Assembly (NCBI GenBank): GCA_001804705.1
Contig: MHAY01000002.1
Coordinates: forward strand, 20,183 to 84,182
Reading direction: 5' to 3'
Source: Ignavibacteria bacterium RIFOXYC2_FULL_35_21
GTDB taxonomy: Bacteria; Bacteroidota; Ignavibacteria; Kapaibacteriales; UBA2268
Length of the DNA: 64,000 nucleotides
Shown: in pieces, positions 36,254-46,400 of the stretch
Layout of the letters: each line of letters begins with the position of its first letter
How positions within the stretch are numbered: position 1 is the stretch's first letter
The notes under the pieces: model-generated
The model's input: only the letters and a program-made list of their open reading frames with translations
Databases searched by the model: none
What the model was told of the DNA's origin: nothing
Program-made: the position numbers and the translations under genes

Positions 36254-37747
36254 ATGTCTGAAAGTATTTTAGAAATTCATAAATTAGATCAACAAGCTAC
36301 CTTTTCAGTTGGTACATTAAATGCACATAGTTTAAAAAGTAAATTTACTGCCCCATACATGCAACTATTTACTGATATTTTTTCATTTTTATTAATATAT
36401 TTTCTTCACTTTCTTATTAGATTCAAATCCGGTTATTTTGGTTCGGTTATGAGCCCCGATTTTTATTTAACCATTTTATCATCGCTGATATTAACTTCAT
36501 ATTGGATAATATTATTTTGGTTATCTGGACTATACAAAGACTGGTATGTTAGGTCCCCCTTCGATGAGTTTTTTTCGATTGTAAAGGTAAGTCTATTTGG
36601 TACATTTTTAATATTTTTTATTGTTTTTCTTGATAGTATATCATCAAGATTGTTGTTTTTAATATACTTAGCAGTTTTCATAATTATTACATCTATTGGA
36701 AGACTAATAGCTCGTAAGTTACAAAAAAGGTTAAGAGCATCAAATATAATTGCAATACCAATTGTCATAATTGGAACAACAAATGAAGTTAAGGAGCTTA
36801 TTTTGAAAATAAATGGTTCTAAAGAGTGGGGATATATTGCAATTGGAATAATATTAGTTAGCGAAAATGAAGTTGTGAAATGGTATGAAAATGGAAGCAA
36901 TGATGTAAGGGACATAAAATTATTAGGTACATCGGACAATTTATCCGAGATATTGAAACAAACGAATCCCAAGGAAGTACTTATAGCTATTGACAAACCA
37001 GAACACGAGTTATTATTAAGTATTTCATCTCTTTGTGCAGAAAGAAAAATATTAATTAAAATCGTTCCCGACTTATATGATTTCTTTACCGGCCAAGCCA
37101 GGGCTTTTCACTTATATGCTATTCCTTTAATTGAGATAAATACACAACTGTTGAAGCCTTGGCAATATTTAACAAAAAGAACTATTGATTTTATTATAAG
37201 TTTTATCATACTTTTAACAGGAATACCAATTTGGATTTTATTAGCATTAATGATAAAATTTGATTCAAAAGGTTCTATTTTTTATAAGCAAGTCAGAGTC
37301 GGTAAGGATGAAAGAAATTTTGTAACATATAAATTTCGAACGATGATACGTAATGCAGAGAAACATGGTCCACAATGGGCTTTGGTAAATGATTCAAGGG
37401 TAACAAGGGTAGGAAGATTTCTTCGGAAGACACATCTTGACGAAGTACCACAATTTTGGAATGTATTGAGAGGGGAAATGAGTATTGTTGGACCTCGGCC
37501 TGAAAGACCAATATTCGTGGAGAAATTTTCAAAATTAATTCCATATTATAAAAGAAGATTAGTCGTCAGGCCAGGAATTACAGGATGGTACCAGGTAAGG
37601 CATTATGCTTATGTTGAGTCAAAAGAAGAAATTGAAAATAGATTGAAAGCAGATTTCTATTATATTGAAAACATGTCATTTATATTAGATTTTGAAATTC
37701 TTGTAAGGACTTTATTACATATGATTCGCGGGAGAGGACAGGCTTAG
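36254..37747 (+). CDS. Polyprenyl-phosphate glycosyl-1-phosphate transferase (WbaP/WcaJ-like priming enzyme)
   Basis: N-terminal TM helices and a CoA-binding-like middle domain. Complete Bac_transf core: KRTIDFIIS...KFRTM...LDEVPQFWNVLRGEMSIVGPRPERP...PGITGWYQV. The start is moved to ATG 36254 to remove the overlap. Confidence 0.85.
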   Translation: MSESILEIHKLDQQATFSVGTLNAHSLKSKFTAPYMQLFTDIFSFLLIYFLHFLIRFKSGYFGSVMSPDFYLTILSSLILTSYWIILFWLSGLYKDWYVRSPFDEFFSIVKVSLFGTFLIFFIVFLDSISSRLLFLIYLAVFIIITSIGRLIARKLQKRLRASNIIAIPIVIIGTTNEVKELILKINGSKEWGYIAIGIILVSENEVVKWYENGSNDVRDIKLLGTSDNLSEILKQTNPKEVLIAIDKPEHELLLSISSLCAERKILIKIVPDLYDFFTGQARAFHLYAIPLIEINTQLLKPWQYLTKRTIDFIISFIILLTGIPIWILLALMIKFDSKGSIFYKQVRVGKDERNFVTYKFRTMIRNAEKHGPQWALVNDSRVTRVGRFLRKTHLDEVPQFWNVLRGEMSIVGPRPERPIFVEKFSKLIPYYKRRLVVRPGITGWYQVRHYAYVESKEEIENRLKADFYYIENMSFILDFEILVRTLLHMIRGRGQA

Positions 37748-37755
37748 AGAGTTTT

Positions 37756-38484
37756 ATGAAAATAATTGTTGTAATACCGACATATAACGAGATTGAAAAT
37801 ATTGAAAATTTAATCGCCTCGATTCATAGCATTGATGAGAGTATTCATGTTCTTGTAGTTGATGATAATTCGCCTGATGGCACTTCCGAATTAATCAAGA
37901 AATTAAGCGAAAGTGACAATCGCATACACCTTATATCAAGATCTGCCAAAATGGGTTTGGGTACAGCATATTGCGAAGGATTTGCGTATGCCTTAAAAAA
38001 TAATTTTGATGTTATTTTTGAAATGGATGCAGATTTCTCCCATGACCCTGCAATGATACCTATTTTCCTTGAAGAATTGAAAAATAATGATTTAGTAATT
38101 GGTTCAAGATACATAACCGGTGTTAATGTTGTAAACTGGCCCTTAAGCCGTTTGATTTTGAGTTATGGAGCTAATATGTATTCACGATTTATTACAGGCA
38201 TGCCTATTAAAGATGCTACTGGCGGTTTCAAATGTTTCAGAGCTGATGCATTGTCAAAAATTAATTTATCTACAATAAAATCGAATGGTTATGGTTTTCA
38301 AATTGAGATGAATTACAGATTATGGAAGCATGGTGCTAAAATTAAAGAAATTCCGATTATTTTTATTGATCGAAGAAGTGGTGTATCAAAAATGAATAAG
38401 GGTATTATTTGGGAAGCTATATTTTTAGTATGGAAATTGAGATTTGGTTTTCATGCCCATCTCGATAAAGAAATATTACATTGA
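37756..38484 (+). CDS. Polyprenol-phosphate mannosyl/glycosyl transferase (Dpm1-like GT2)
   Basis: IIVVIPTYNEIENI, VVDDNSPDGT, EMDADFSHDP, GSRY. Confidence 0.82.
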   Translation: MKIIVVIPTYNEIENIENLIASIHSIDESIHVLVVDDNSPDGTSELIKKLSESDNRIHLISRSAKMGLGTAYCEGFAYALKNNFDVIFEMDADFSHDPAMIPIFLEELKNNDLVIGSRYITGVNVVNWPLSRLILSYGANMYSRFITGMPIKDATGGFKCFRADALSKINLSTIKSNGYGFQIEMNYRLWKHGAKIKEIPIIFIDRRSGVSKMNKGIIWEAIFLVWKLRFGFHAHLDKEILH

Positions 38485-38588
38485 AATTAATAAAATTAAT
38501 AAATTTAGTTAACAAATTTAATTTTTTTATAAAATTTCTTATTTTATTGTAAATAAATTACTTATATTATTTATTTAATATAAATTAA

Positions 38589-40547
38589 ATGACCGATTTA
38601 GATTTATCTGTTATTATAGTAAATTATAACGTCAAAGACTTTCTATATCAATGTCTTAAGTCATTGGAGAAAGCTTCTGAGGTAGCAGTTATAAATGGAT
38701 TTTCCACTGAAATTATTGTAATTGATAATAATTCTACTGATGATTCAATAAGCTATTTAAAACCATATTTCCCGGATGTCAAATTCATACAACTTAAAGA
38801 AAATTATGGATTTGGAAGGGCAAACAATATTGCTTTTAAACACTCTCACGGAAGATTTATATTAATATTAAATCCTGATACAGTAGTCGAAGAAAACAAC
38901 TTGTTGAAAATGCTTCAATATATGAAAAGTAATCATGAAGTAGGTGCCGCAGGATGTAAGGTTTTAAATGCTGATGGTTCATTTCAATTGGGATGTAGAA
39001 GAGGATTACCTACTCCTTGGGCATCATTTACAAAGTTATTTGGTCTGCAGAGTCTATTTCCAAATTCAGAATTATTTGGAAAATATAATCAAACCTTCAG
39101 AAGTATTGATGAATCTTATTACATAGATGTGCTGATTGGTGCTTATATGTTTGTGAGGAGGGAAGCTTTTGAATCTGTTGGTGGTTTTGATGAAATATAT
39201 TTTCTGTATGGAGAGGATATTGATTTATGTTATAGTATTCAGCAAAAGGGTTGGAAAATTGCATATTACCACGAAACATCAATTGTTCATTATAAAGGAG
39301 AAAGCACACGCAGAAGCTCGATTAAAGAACTCTATCATTTTTATAATGCAATGGAAATTTTTTCAAAGAAATATTTTAATTCATCACGCATTTTTTTATT
39401 AATCCTTAAGCTGGGTATAACGTTAAGAACAATCTTTGCTTATATTAATAAATATAAGCGACAAATTGTGATAATATTATTGGATTTATTATCACTGAAT
39501 ATAGCAATAATGATAGGAACTTATTATAAATTTGGCGGTATTTTTAATTTACCCGATTATGCTTATCCTACTGTTTTAATATTTGTTTCGATTATTGTAT
39601 TTAGTTCAATGGTTGCGGTCGGGGAGTACTTTGAAGGAAAAAGTACAATACGAAGAACATTTTTTGGTTTAATGCTTAGTTTTTTCATTTTATCATCTCT
39701 CACATATTATTTTAAAGAATATGCATTTAGCAGAGGAATTCTTTTATTTACAATTGGTTTTACAACTTTGACTTCAGGAATATTCAGGTTTCTTTTAAGC
39801 ATGTATGACCGAATATCCGGCAAGGAGTCTGATAGAAGAATTGCTATTGTTGGTATTAATGAACAAACAGAAAAAATAATTAATCAATTGAAATCCGGCG
39901 AGGCAAGAAATGTAAACCTAATCGGGATGATAACTAATGAGAATAGTATAAAAAATTTTGAAATTGGGGTACCTGTTATTGGGAATATCAAATACCTCCC
40001 AAAACTGATTGAACAATTTGGATTAAGTGAGATAATAATAGCTGATCCAAATATAAATAAAAGTGAACTGCTTAAATTAATATCAAGTATTTCGGATAAG
40101 AATGTGAAATTCCATTTGGTTACAGAATATGAAGATTTGCTGGCTTCAAGAATTATCAATGATGTATCGAAAACCGAGTCTCTTATACATAAGTATAATA
40201 TTTTAAAATTGAGATTTAAAATTTTGAAAAGGACTTTCGATTTGATGAGTTCCTTTTTTCTTTTGACTATTGGCTTACCATTGGTATATTTGTTATCTGA
40301 AAATAGAACAAAAATTATAGAGGGGATTTGGAAAGTTTTTATAGGTAAATTTTCTTTAGTCGGATTATACGATACCGGAATTGAAAAGCCCATGATAGGC
40401 AAAATTGGGTTAACAGGATTAGCCCAAATAAGTAAAACCGAAGGTTTAAATCCGAAAATAATTAAAGATTTAAACGAATATTATATAATTAATTACAATT
40501 TTTCCCTTGATGTGGACATTATAATAAAACATTTTTTCAGGAAGTGA
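38589..40547 (+). CDS. GT2 glycosyltransferase fused to a WbaP-like membrane/CoA-binding scaffold whose sugar-transferase domain is internally deleted
   Basis: N-terminal [14 protein letters not shown]...DNNSTDDS...NPDT...EDIDLC (GT2). Then TM helices and [11 protein letters not shown]...VPVIGNI (CoA-binding-like). The C-terminal [19 protein letters not shown]...[10 protein letters not shown]...GLTGLAQI lacks the KFRTM and DE(L/V)PQ segments. Confidence 0.7.
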   Translation: MTDLDLSVIIVNYNVKDFLYQCLKSLEKASEVAVINGFSTEIIVIDNNSTDDSISYLKPYFPDVKFIQLKENYGFGRANNIAFKHSHGRFILILNPDTVVEENNLLKMLQYMKSNHEVGAAGCKVLNADGSFQLGCRRGLPTPWASFTKLFGLQSLFPNSELFGKYNQTFRSIDESYYIDVLIGAYMFVRREAFESVGGFDEIYFLYGEDIDLCYSIQQKGWKIAYYHETSIVHYKGESTRRSSIKELYHFYNAMEIFSKKYFNSSRIFLLILKLGITLRTIFAYINKYKRQIVIILLDLLSLNIAIMIGTYYKFGGIFNLPDYAYPTVLIFVSIIVFSSMVAVGEYFEGKSTIRRTFFGLMLSFFILSSLTYYFKEYAFSRGILLFTIGFTTLTSGIFRFLLSMYDRISGKESDRRIAIVGINEQTEKIINQLKSGEARNVNLIGMITNENSIKNFEIGVPVIGNIKYLPKLIEQFGLSEIIIADPNINKSELLKLISSISDKNVKFHLVTEYEDLLASRIINDVSKTESLIHKYNILKLRFKILKRTFDLMSSFFLLTIGLPLVYLLSENRTKIIEGIWKVFIGKFSLVGLYDTGIEKPMIGKIGLTGLAQISKTEGLNPKIIKDLNEYYIINYNFSLDVDIIIKHFFRK

Positions 40548-40548
40548 C

Positions 40549-41505
40549 GTGGCAAAGAAGTTAGTTTTGGATTTTGAAAAACCTATTCTTGAACTTGAGA
40601 AGAAGATTGAGGAAATGAAATCACTGTCAAGTGAACTCGATATAAGTAATGAAATTAATTTCCTTCAAAAAAAAGCAAATGATTTGAGGCTACATATCTA
40701 TCAAAACCTAACACGATGGCAGAGAGTTCAGATAGCCCGTCATCCGGAAAGGCCATTTACTCTCGATTATATTCAAAATGTTTTCACGGACTTTTACGAA
40801 TTGCATGGTGATAGGAATTATAAAGACGACCCTTCAATTGTAGGAGGAATAGCAAAATTTAATGGTAAGCCTGTTATGATTGTTGGCCATCAAAAAGGAA
40901 GAGATACCAAGTCAAATCTATACAGGAATTTTGGTATGCCCCACCCCGAAGGTTATAGAAAAGCTAACCGCTTATTTCAATTAGCAGAAAAATACGGAAA
41001 CCCAATAATTTGTTTCCTTGATACCCCGGGAGCATACCCGGGTATCGAAGCCGAAGAAAGAGGCCAGGCGGAAGCTATCGCAAGGAATTTATTATTGATG
41101 TCAAAATTAAAGGTACCAATAATTATTGTGATAATCGGTGAAGGTGCATCGGGTGGTGCTATTGGTATTGGAGTAGGGGACAGAATTCTTATGCTTGAAA
41201 ATTCATGGTATTCGGTCATTTCACCGGAATCCTGCTCGAGTATTTTATGGAGAAGCTGGGATTTCAAAGAACAAGCGGCTGAAGCTCTACAATTAACCGC
41301 TGAGGATTTAAAAAAGATTGGGATAATTGATGAAATCATACCGGAGCCGGTTGGAGGTGCCCACAATGACCCGCAAACTATGTTTTCAATTATGCAAGAA
41401 AGTTTATCTACAAATCTCGAAAATTTAATGAAAATTAATGCTAAAGATTTGGTTAGAAACAGGAGGGAAAAATTTGCATCTATGGGTGTTTGGCAAGAAT
41501 CATAG
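40549..41505 (+). CDS. accA: Acetyl-CoA carboxylase carboxyltransferase alpha subunit
   Basis: GTG start 1 nt after the preceding stop. [47 protein letters not shown]. Confidence 0.9.
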   Translation: MAKKLVLDFEKPILELEKKIEEMKSLSSELDISNEINFLQKKANDLRLHIYQNLTRWQRVQIARHPERPFTLDYIQNVFTDFYELHGDRNYKDDPSIVGGIAKFNGKPVMIVGHQKGRDTKSNLYRNFGMPHPEGYRKANRLFQLAEKYGNPIICFLDTPGAYPGIEAEERGQAEAIARNLLLMSKLKVPIIIVIIGEGASGGAIGIGVGDRILMLENSWYSVISPESCSSILWRSWDFKEQAAEALQLTAEDLKKIGIIDEIIPEPVGGAHNDPQTMFSIMQESLSTNLENLMKINAKDLVRNRREKFASMGVWQES

Positions 41506-41823
41506 GTTAATAACTGATGTTATGCAAAATTTATTATAACTGGAATTAATAATTTTCAATTTTCAATCAATTATTAATTTTAAATATTAGAATGAAATGA
41601 GATTAATTACAAACAAGAAACAGTTAAGAATTTGAAGGAAGAAGGTTATTGAAAAAATTGAATATATTTCAAAATTGTTCATCAAAAATTCAATGAAAAT
41701 TATAAATTGAAAATTGAAAATTTTATTTCTGTGTAAATGTTAATATGATGCATAACACCAATAATAAAATACACTTTATAAATTAGATATAGTAGTGAAA
41801 TTTTAACATTAAAAATAATAATA

Positions 41824-42294
41824 ATGCCGCAAATCGTATCCAATACAGTTCAAGTTCACATAGCAGTTTTTGATATAAATAATGAACCAAAATACCTGGT
41901 ATTGCAAAGGTCAGGACAAAGCAAGTTATATCCTAACGTTTGGCAGGTTGTAACCGGGAAAATAAAAAAAGGGGAAACTGCATTGACAACTGCAGTAAGA
42001 GAGATAATTGAAGAGATTAATATTAAACCAAAAAAAATTTGGGTTGCACCTTACGTAACGACTTTTTTTGATGCAAAGAGAGATTTGATAAATCTTTCTC
42101 CGGTTTTTGGTGCATTGATTAACAAAAACCAGAAAGTCAAATTATCCCAAGAACATCAGGCTTTTGAATGGCTTTCATATAAAGAGGCCTATAAAAGATT
42201 GTTTCTAAGAACACATAAGGAAGGTGCAAATATTTTTCATAATTATATTGTGAATGGAAAGTCAATCGGATTATTTGAGATTAAAGGATTTTAG
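41824..42294 (+). CDS. NUDIX hydrolase
   Basis: Nudix box GKIKKGETALTTAVREIIEEINI (GX5EX7REUXEEXxU). Confidence 0.8.
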   Translation: MPQIVSNTVQVHIAVFDINNEPKYLVLQRSGQSKLYPNVWQVVTGKIKKGETALTTAVREIIEEINIKPKKIWVAPYVTTFFDAKRDLINLSPVFGALINKNQKVKLSQEHQAFEWLSYKEAYKRLFLRTHKEGANIFHNYIVNGKSIGLFEIKGF

Positions 42295-42303
42295 GATAAT
42301 TGA

Positions 42304-43269
42304 ATGTCATTCGAAAATACAAATGTAACGGCAGTTGTTGTAACTTATAACAGACTGGAATATTTAAAAGAAATTATAGATGCTTTAAGGGATCAAACCC
42401 ATAAAATTGAAAAAATCATAGTTGTTGATAATGCAAGTGCAGATGGCACATTAGAATGGCTTGATGAACAGAAAGACATTATTTTAATCAGGCAGGAAAA
42501 TGTAGGAAGTTCAGGAGGTCAATATACCGGAATTAAATCGGCATTTGAAATAGGTTCTGAATGGATTTGGACTATGGATGATGATGTTGTACCTGCTGTT
42601 GACTGTCTTGAAAATTTACTCGAAAATCCCCCTGAATCCCACCTGAAACAAGTTCAGGGCAGGCTTTTTGAAAAAGGGAGAAATCTCATAAACACACATA
42701 TTAATAATGAGGTAGTCAATCAAGTAATTGGAATGGATATAATAAGAGTGCCTCTTAGGTATCAACCGAACGGTAAACCATTTTATAATGATGTGGTGAG
42801 ATATAATCTTAGGAATCCATTTAGAAAATTCTGGCAGGAAATAATTTCTGAAAACCACCTAACGGGTAAATTTATTCCTGTAGAAGGAATTACTTTTGAA
42901 GGCCCTTTGTTTCACAGGTCTGTAGTTGAAAGAATCGGGTTACCAGAAAAAAATTTCTTCATATTTGGTGACGATACGGAGTATTTCCTGAGGGTAAGAA
43001 AATTTAATATTAAAATCGAACTTTGCATGGATGCAAGACTGAACAGGAAGCTTGAAGTTCTGCCCTTAAAAAAAATTCATCCGTCCAGAAAATTTTATTT
43101 CGTAAGAAATCTGATTGCTATTAATGTAAAGCATGGAAGTAACGCAGTAAGGTTGATACGTCCATTTGTCATATTATTTTTATGGATATTTCGTGCAAGA
43201 AGTTTATCGGATTTAAAATATATAATCAAAGGATTTATTAAAGGGTATTTTTATAAATCGGATAATTAG
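42304..43269 (+). CDS. Family 2 glycosyltransferase (rhamnosyltransferase-like)
   Basis: VTAVVVTYNRLEYL, VVDNASADGT, MDDDV, GDDTEY. Confidence 0.78.
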   Translation: MSFENTNVTAVVVTYNRLEYLKEIIDALRDQTHKIEKIIVVDNASADGTLEWLDEQKDIILIRQENVGSSGGQYTGIKSAFEIGSEWIWTMDDDVVPAVDCLENLLENPPESHLKQVQGRLFEKGRNLINTHINNEVVNQVIGMDIIRVPLRYQPNGKPFYNDVVRYNLRNPFRKFWQEIISENHLTGKFIPVEGITFEGPLFHRSVVERIGLPEKNFFIFGDDTEYFLRVRKFNIKIELCMDARLNRKLEVLPLKKIHPSRKFYFVRNLIAINVKHGSNAVRLIRPFVILFLWIFRARSLSDLKYIIKGFIKGYFYKSDN

Positions 43270-43274
43270 TTGAG

Positions 43275-43354
43275 AAATCCCCCTGAATCCCCATTTTGGA
43301 AAAGGGGAAAGAAAAAATCCCCCTGAATTCCCATTTTGGAAAAGGGTGAAAGGG
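43275..43354. repeat. Two tandem family A REPs (period about 40 bp)
   Basis: aaatccccctgaatccccattttggaaaagggg is followed by aaatccccctgaattcccattttggaaaagggtgaaaggg. Confidence 0.85.
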
Positions 43355-43446
43355 AAAAAAACCTTAGAATCCTGCATTTGGTATGTATAAAGTGAAAAAA
43401 AATTCGTATCTTACAAAGTTATTCTTAAATCATAGGGAGTGTTGAA

Positions 43447-46400
43447 TTGAAAAATTTATTTTCATTATTCGTTTCAATAATAATAATATCAACGTCAGTA
43501 AATTTATTTTCGCTGACTACAAATAAAATAGGAAATCCCCCTGAATCCCCCTTTAATAAAGGGGGAAATTCAAGAACAATTTCAGATTGTCTCAGGCAAA
43601 TTGATAATAAAGACAAGGAAGGGAGGCATCTTTACTATTCTGATAAAATTTATATCAAACTTAAAAAAGATGCTAAAGCTTTTTTAAAAACTTCGGATGA
43701 ACTGCAAGGAACTGTTAACTACAGATTTGGTATTAGCAGTATTGATGAAAAACTCCTGAAGTATGGTGTAAAAACTAATAAGACATTCAAACAAAGAAAA
43801 GAGTTACTTCAAAAAAATAAAGACCATATTCAATCTACAAAGCAGGAATTACCTGACCTTTCGAGAATCTATACATTAGTATTGTCAGGAGTAACTCCTG
43901 ACAGGGATGGGTGGAATAAAATCAGAAAAGTTTTGAAGGAGTTTGCTGATGACCCGAATATCGAGTATGCAGAACCTGTTCCTATCAGGTATTTACTTGA
44001 AATACCGAACGATTCACTTTACAGCCGGCAGCAGCATTTACCTCAAATTAAAGCTGATTCGGCTTGGGATGTGTTTAAAGGAGAAGATGGAACTAAGGAA
44101 ATAATAATTGGTATTAGCGATACAGGTGTCGAATGGGACCATCCTGATTTAATGCGAAATCTGAAACAAAATTTAGGTGAAGATGCAGACGGTGACGGGC
44201 ATGTGATAGAGTATAGTGAAAACGACAGTGCATGGGTGTTGGACCCGGGTGATACAAACCATATTGATGATGACGGTAACGGATACGTTGATGACTTTAT
44301 CGGCTGGGACTTCCTTACGGATTGGACAAGCAAGGGAGAAGGGAATGATCCATGGGATTACAACAGCCACGGAACTCATGTATCAGGAATTGCAGCCGGT
44401 GTTACAAATAATGATTCTGGAATTGCATCAATAAGTTACAATGTGAAATTTTTACCTACATCACATTCATCACAAAGTTATAATAATATATATAAAGGAT
44501 ATGAAGGCATTGTTTATCTTGCAGAAAACGGTGCAGATGTGATTAATTGCAGTTGGGGCGGTGGTGGTTATTCTGCCGCAGAAGCGGAGTCAATTGCTTA
44601 TGCAACAGGATTAGGTGCCATACTTGTCATTGCTGCAGGAAATGATAATAGCGATGAGCATTTCTATCCTGCATATTATCCCAATGTAATAAGCGTAGCC
44701 TCGGTTGGCGTTAACGACAGAAAAGCAAATTATTCAAATTATGGAATTGGTGTTGATATTGCAGCACCGGGAGGTGATTATGGTAACGGTGGTGGTATTT
44801 TAAGTACCTTATTGAATCACAGTTACGGAAGCTACCAGGGTACATCAATGGCAAGTCCTGTGGCGGCAGGGTGTATGGGATTTCTTAAGGCATTTCATCC
44901 TGATTGGTCAATTGCACAACTTGAAACACAATTTTTTGGTACCGCCGATAATATTGATTCGATGAATGCTAATTATATAAATAAACTTGGTGCAGGAAGG
45001 GTAAATCCGTATAGGTCACTGATTGAAACCAATCCTTCGATTCCAAAAAAATTAAGATTAGAACTTTACAGGGTGGTAACTAATGATTCCCTATCTGATA
45101 ATGACGGAGCTTTGGAACCCGGAGATACTGTAAATATAGGATTTGTAATTAGAAATTATACTCATTTGTTAACTTCTAATTCAGTCAATTTTACACTTGA
45201 GTCTCTCGACCCGGATATTGAAGTAATTAAAAATTCATATACAGGAAGTGTTAATCCGGATGGATACTCTGAGATTCCACCAGTATTTGAGGTTAAAATT
45301 TCAGAATCAGCAGAAGCAAGGTTCGCAAAACTAAGATTGAAAACTGCCTCCGATAATGAAGAAATTGTTTACGGAAGCTCCATGGATTTTGAAATTCCTA
45401 TTTCAACCGGTGGTGTTCTTGTGTGGGAAGGGATACCAATGCGGGGATTCAGTGGTTCATTTATCAGGGATTTTCTTAAAGAACAGGGAGTAAAAGTAAC
45501 TTATGGTAATGTATTTCCGACAACATTATTTGGTTATGATGCGGTTTTTCTTTCATTCGGAAGTATAGGCTCTACCGAAACCGGAGCTTCAATGGGGCTT
45601 ACCAGCTTCGATGACTGGATGGCAGATGTAGTAAAGAATTATTTATTAGATGGCGGCAAAGTTTATATTGAAGGTACTGAGATTTTTGGGTGGGACCAGA
45701 GAAATAATTCTGAATTACTTGGTTTATTCGGAATAAAAAGCGGTGATGACGGTGAAAACTATGTAATACTTGATACATTGGAGGGTAATTCATCTGCACT
45801 AACAATTAATATGGAATTTATAGGGTCACATGCTTCCATGTTCCGTTCGATTGATACAGTCATCCCTGATGATAATGGATATAGTTCTTTTTACCAGCCC
45901 GGATACGGAACAGTTTCAGTTCAAAACATCGGTTTTTATAACCAGAAAACATTTTACAGTGCCTATCCGATTGCGGAATTGAATGACCATGCACAGCCAA
46001 GTACAAGGTATGAGCTTGTTTCACGCATTATGAATTTCTTAGGTATTCCGATAGATTATACAGTTCCTTATTTTACAGCTCAGCCAATTACTGGACATGC
46101 TCCAATGGAAATCAGTTTTCAGGATAAATCTTTAACTACCAAACCGATTGATAGCTGGTATTGGGATTTTGGCGATAATTCGGGTAATTCAAACGAAAAA
46201 AATCCGGATTGGACTTATGTTAATCCCGGTACTTATGATGCAAAAATGACGATTACAAGAAACATTAAAAATTATGATACAACGAAAAGTGTATATATAT
46301 TTGATGGGGAAAGCGCCCTCGACTTTAATGGAAGTAGCGGCTATGCACAGGTTCAACCAAATACACCTATTAATTTTTTCAATAAGCTTACAATCGAAGC

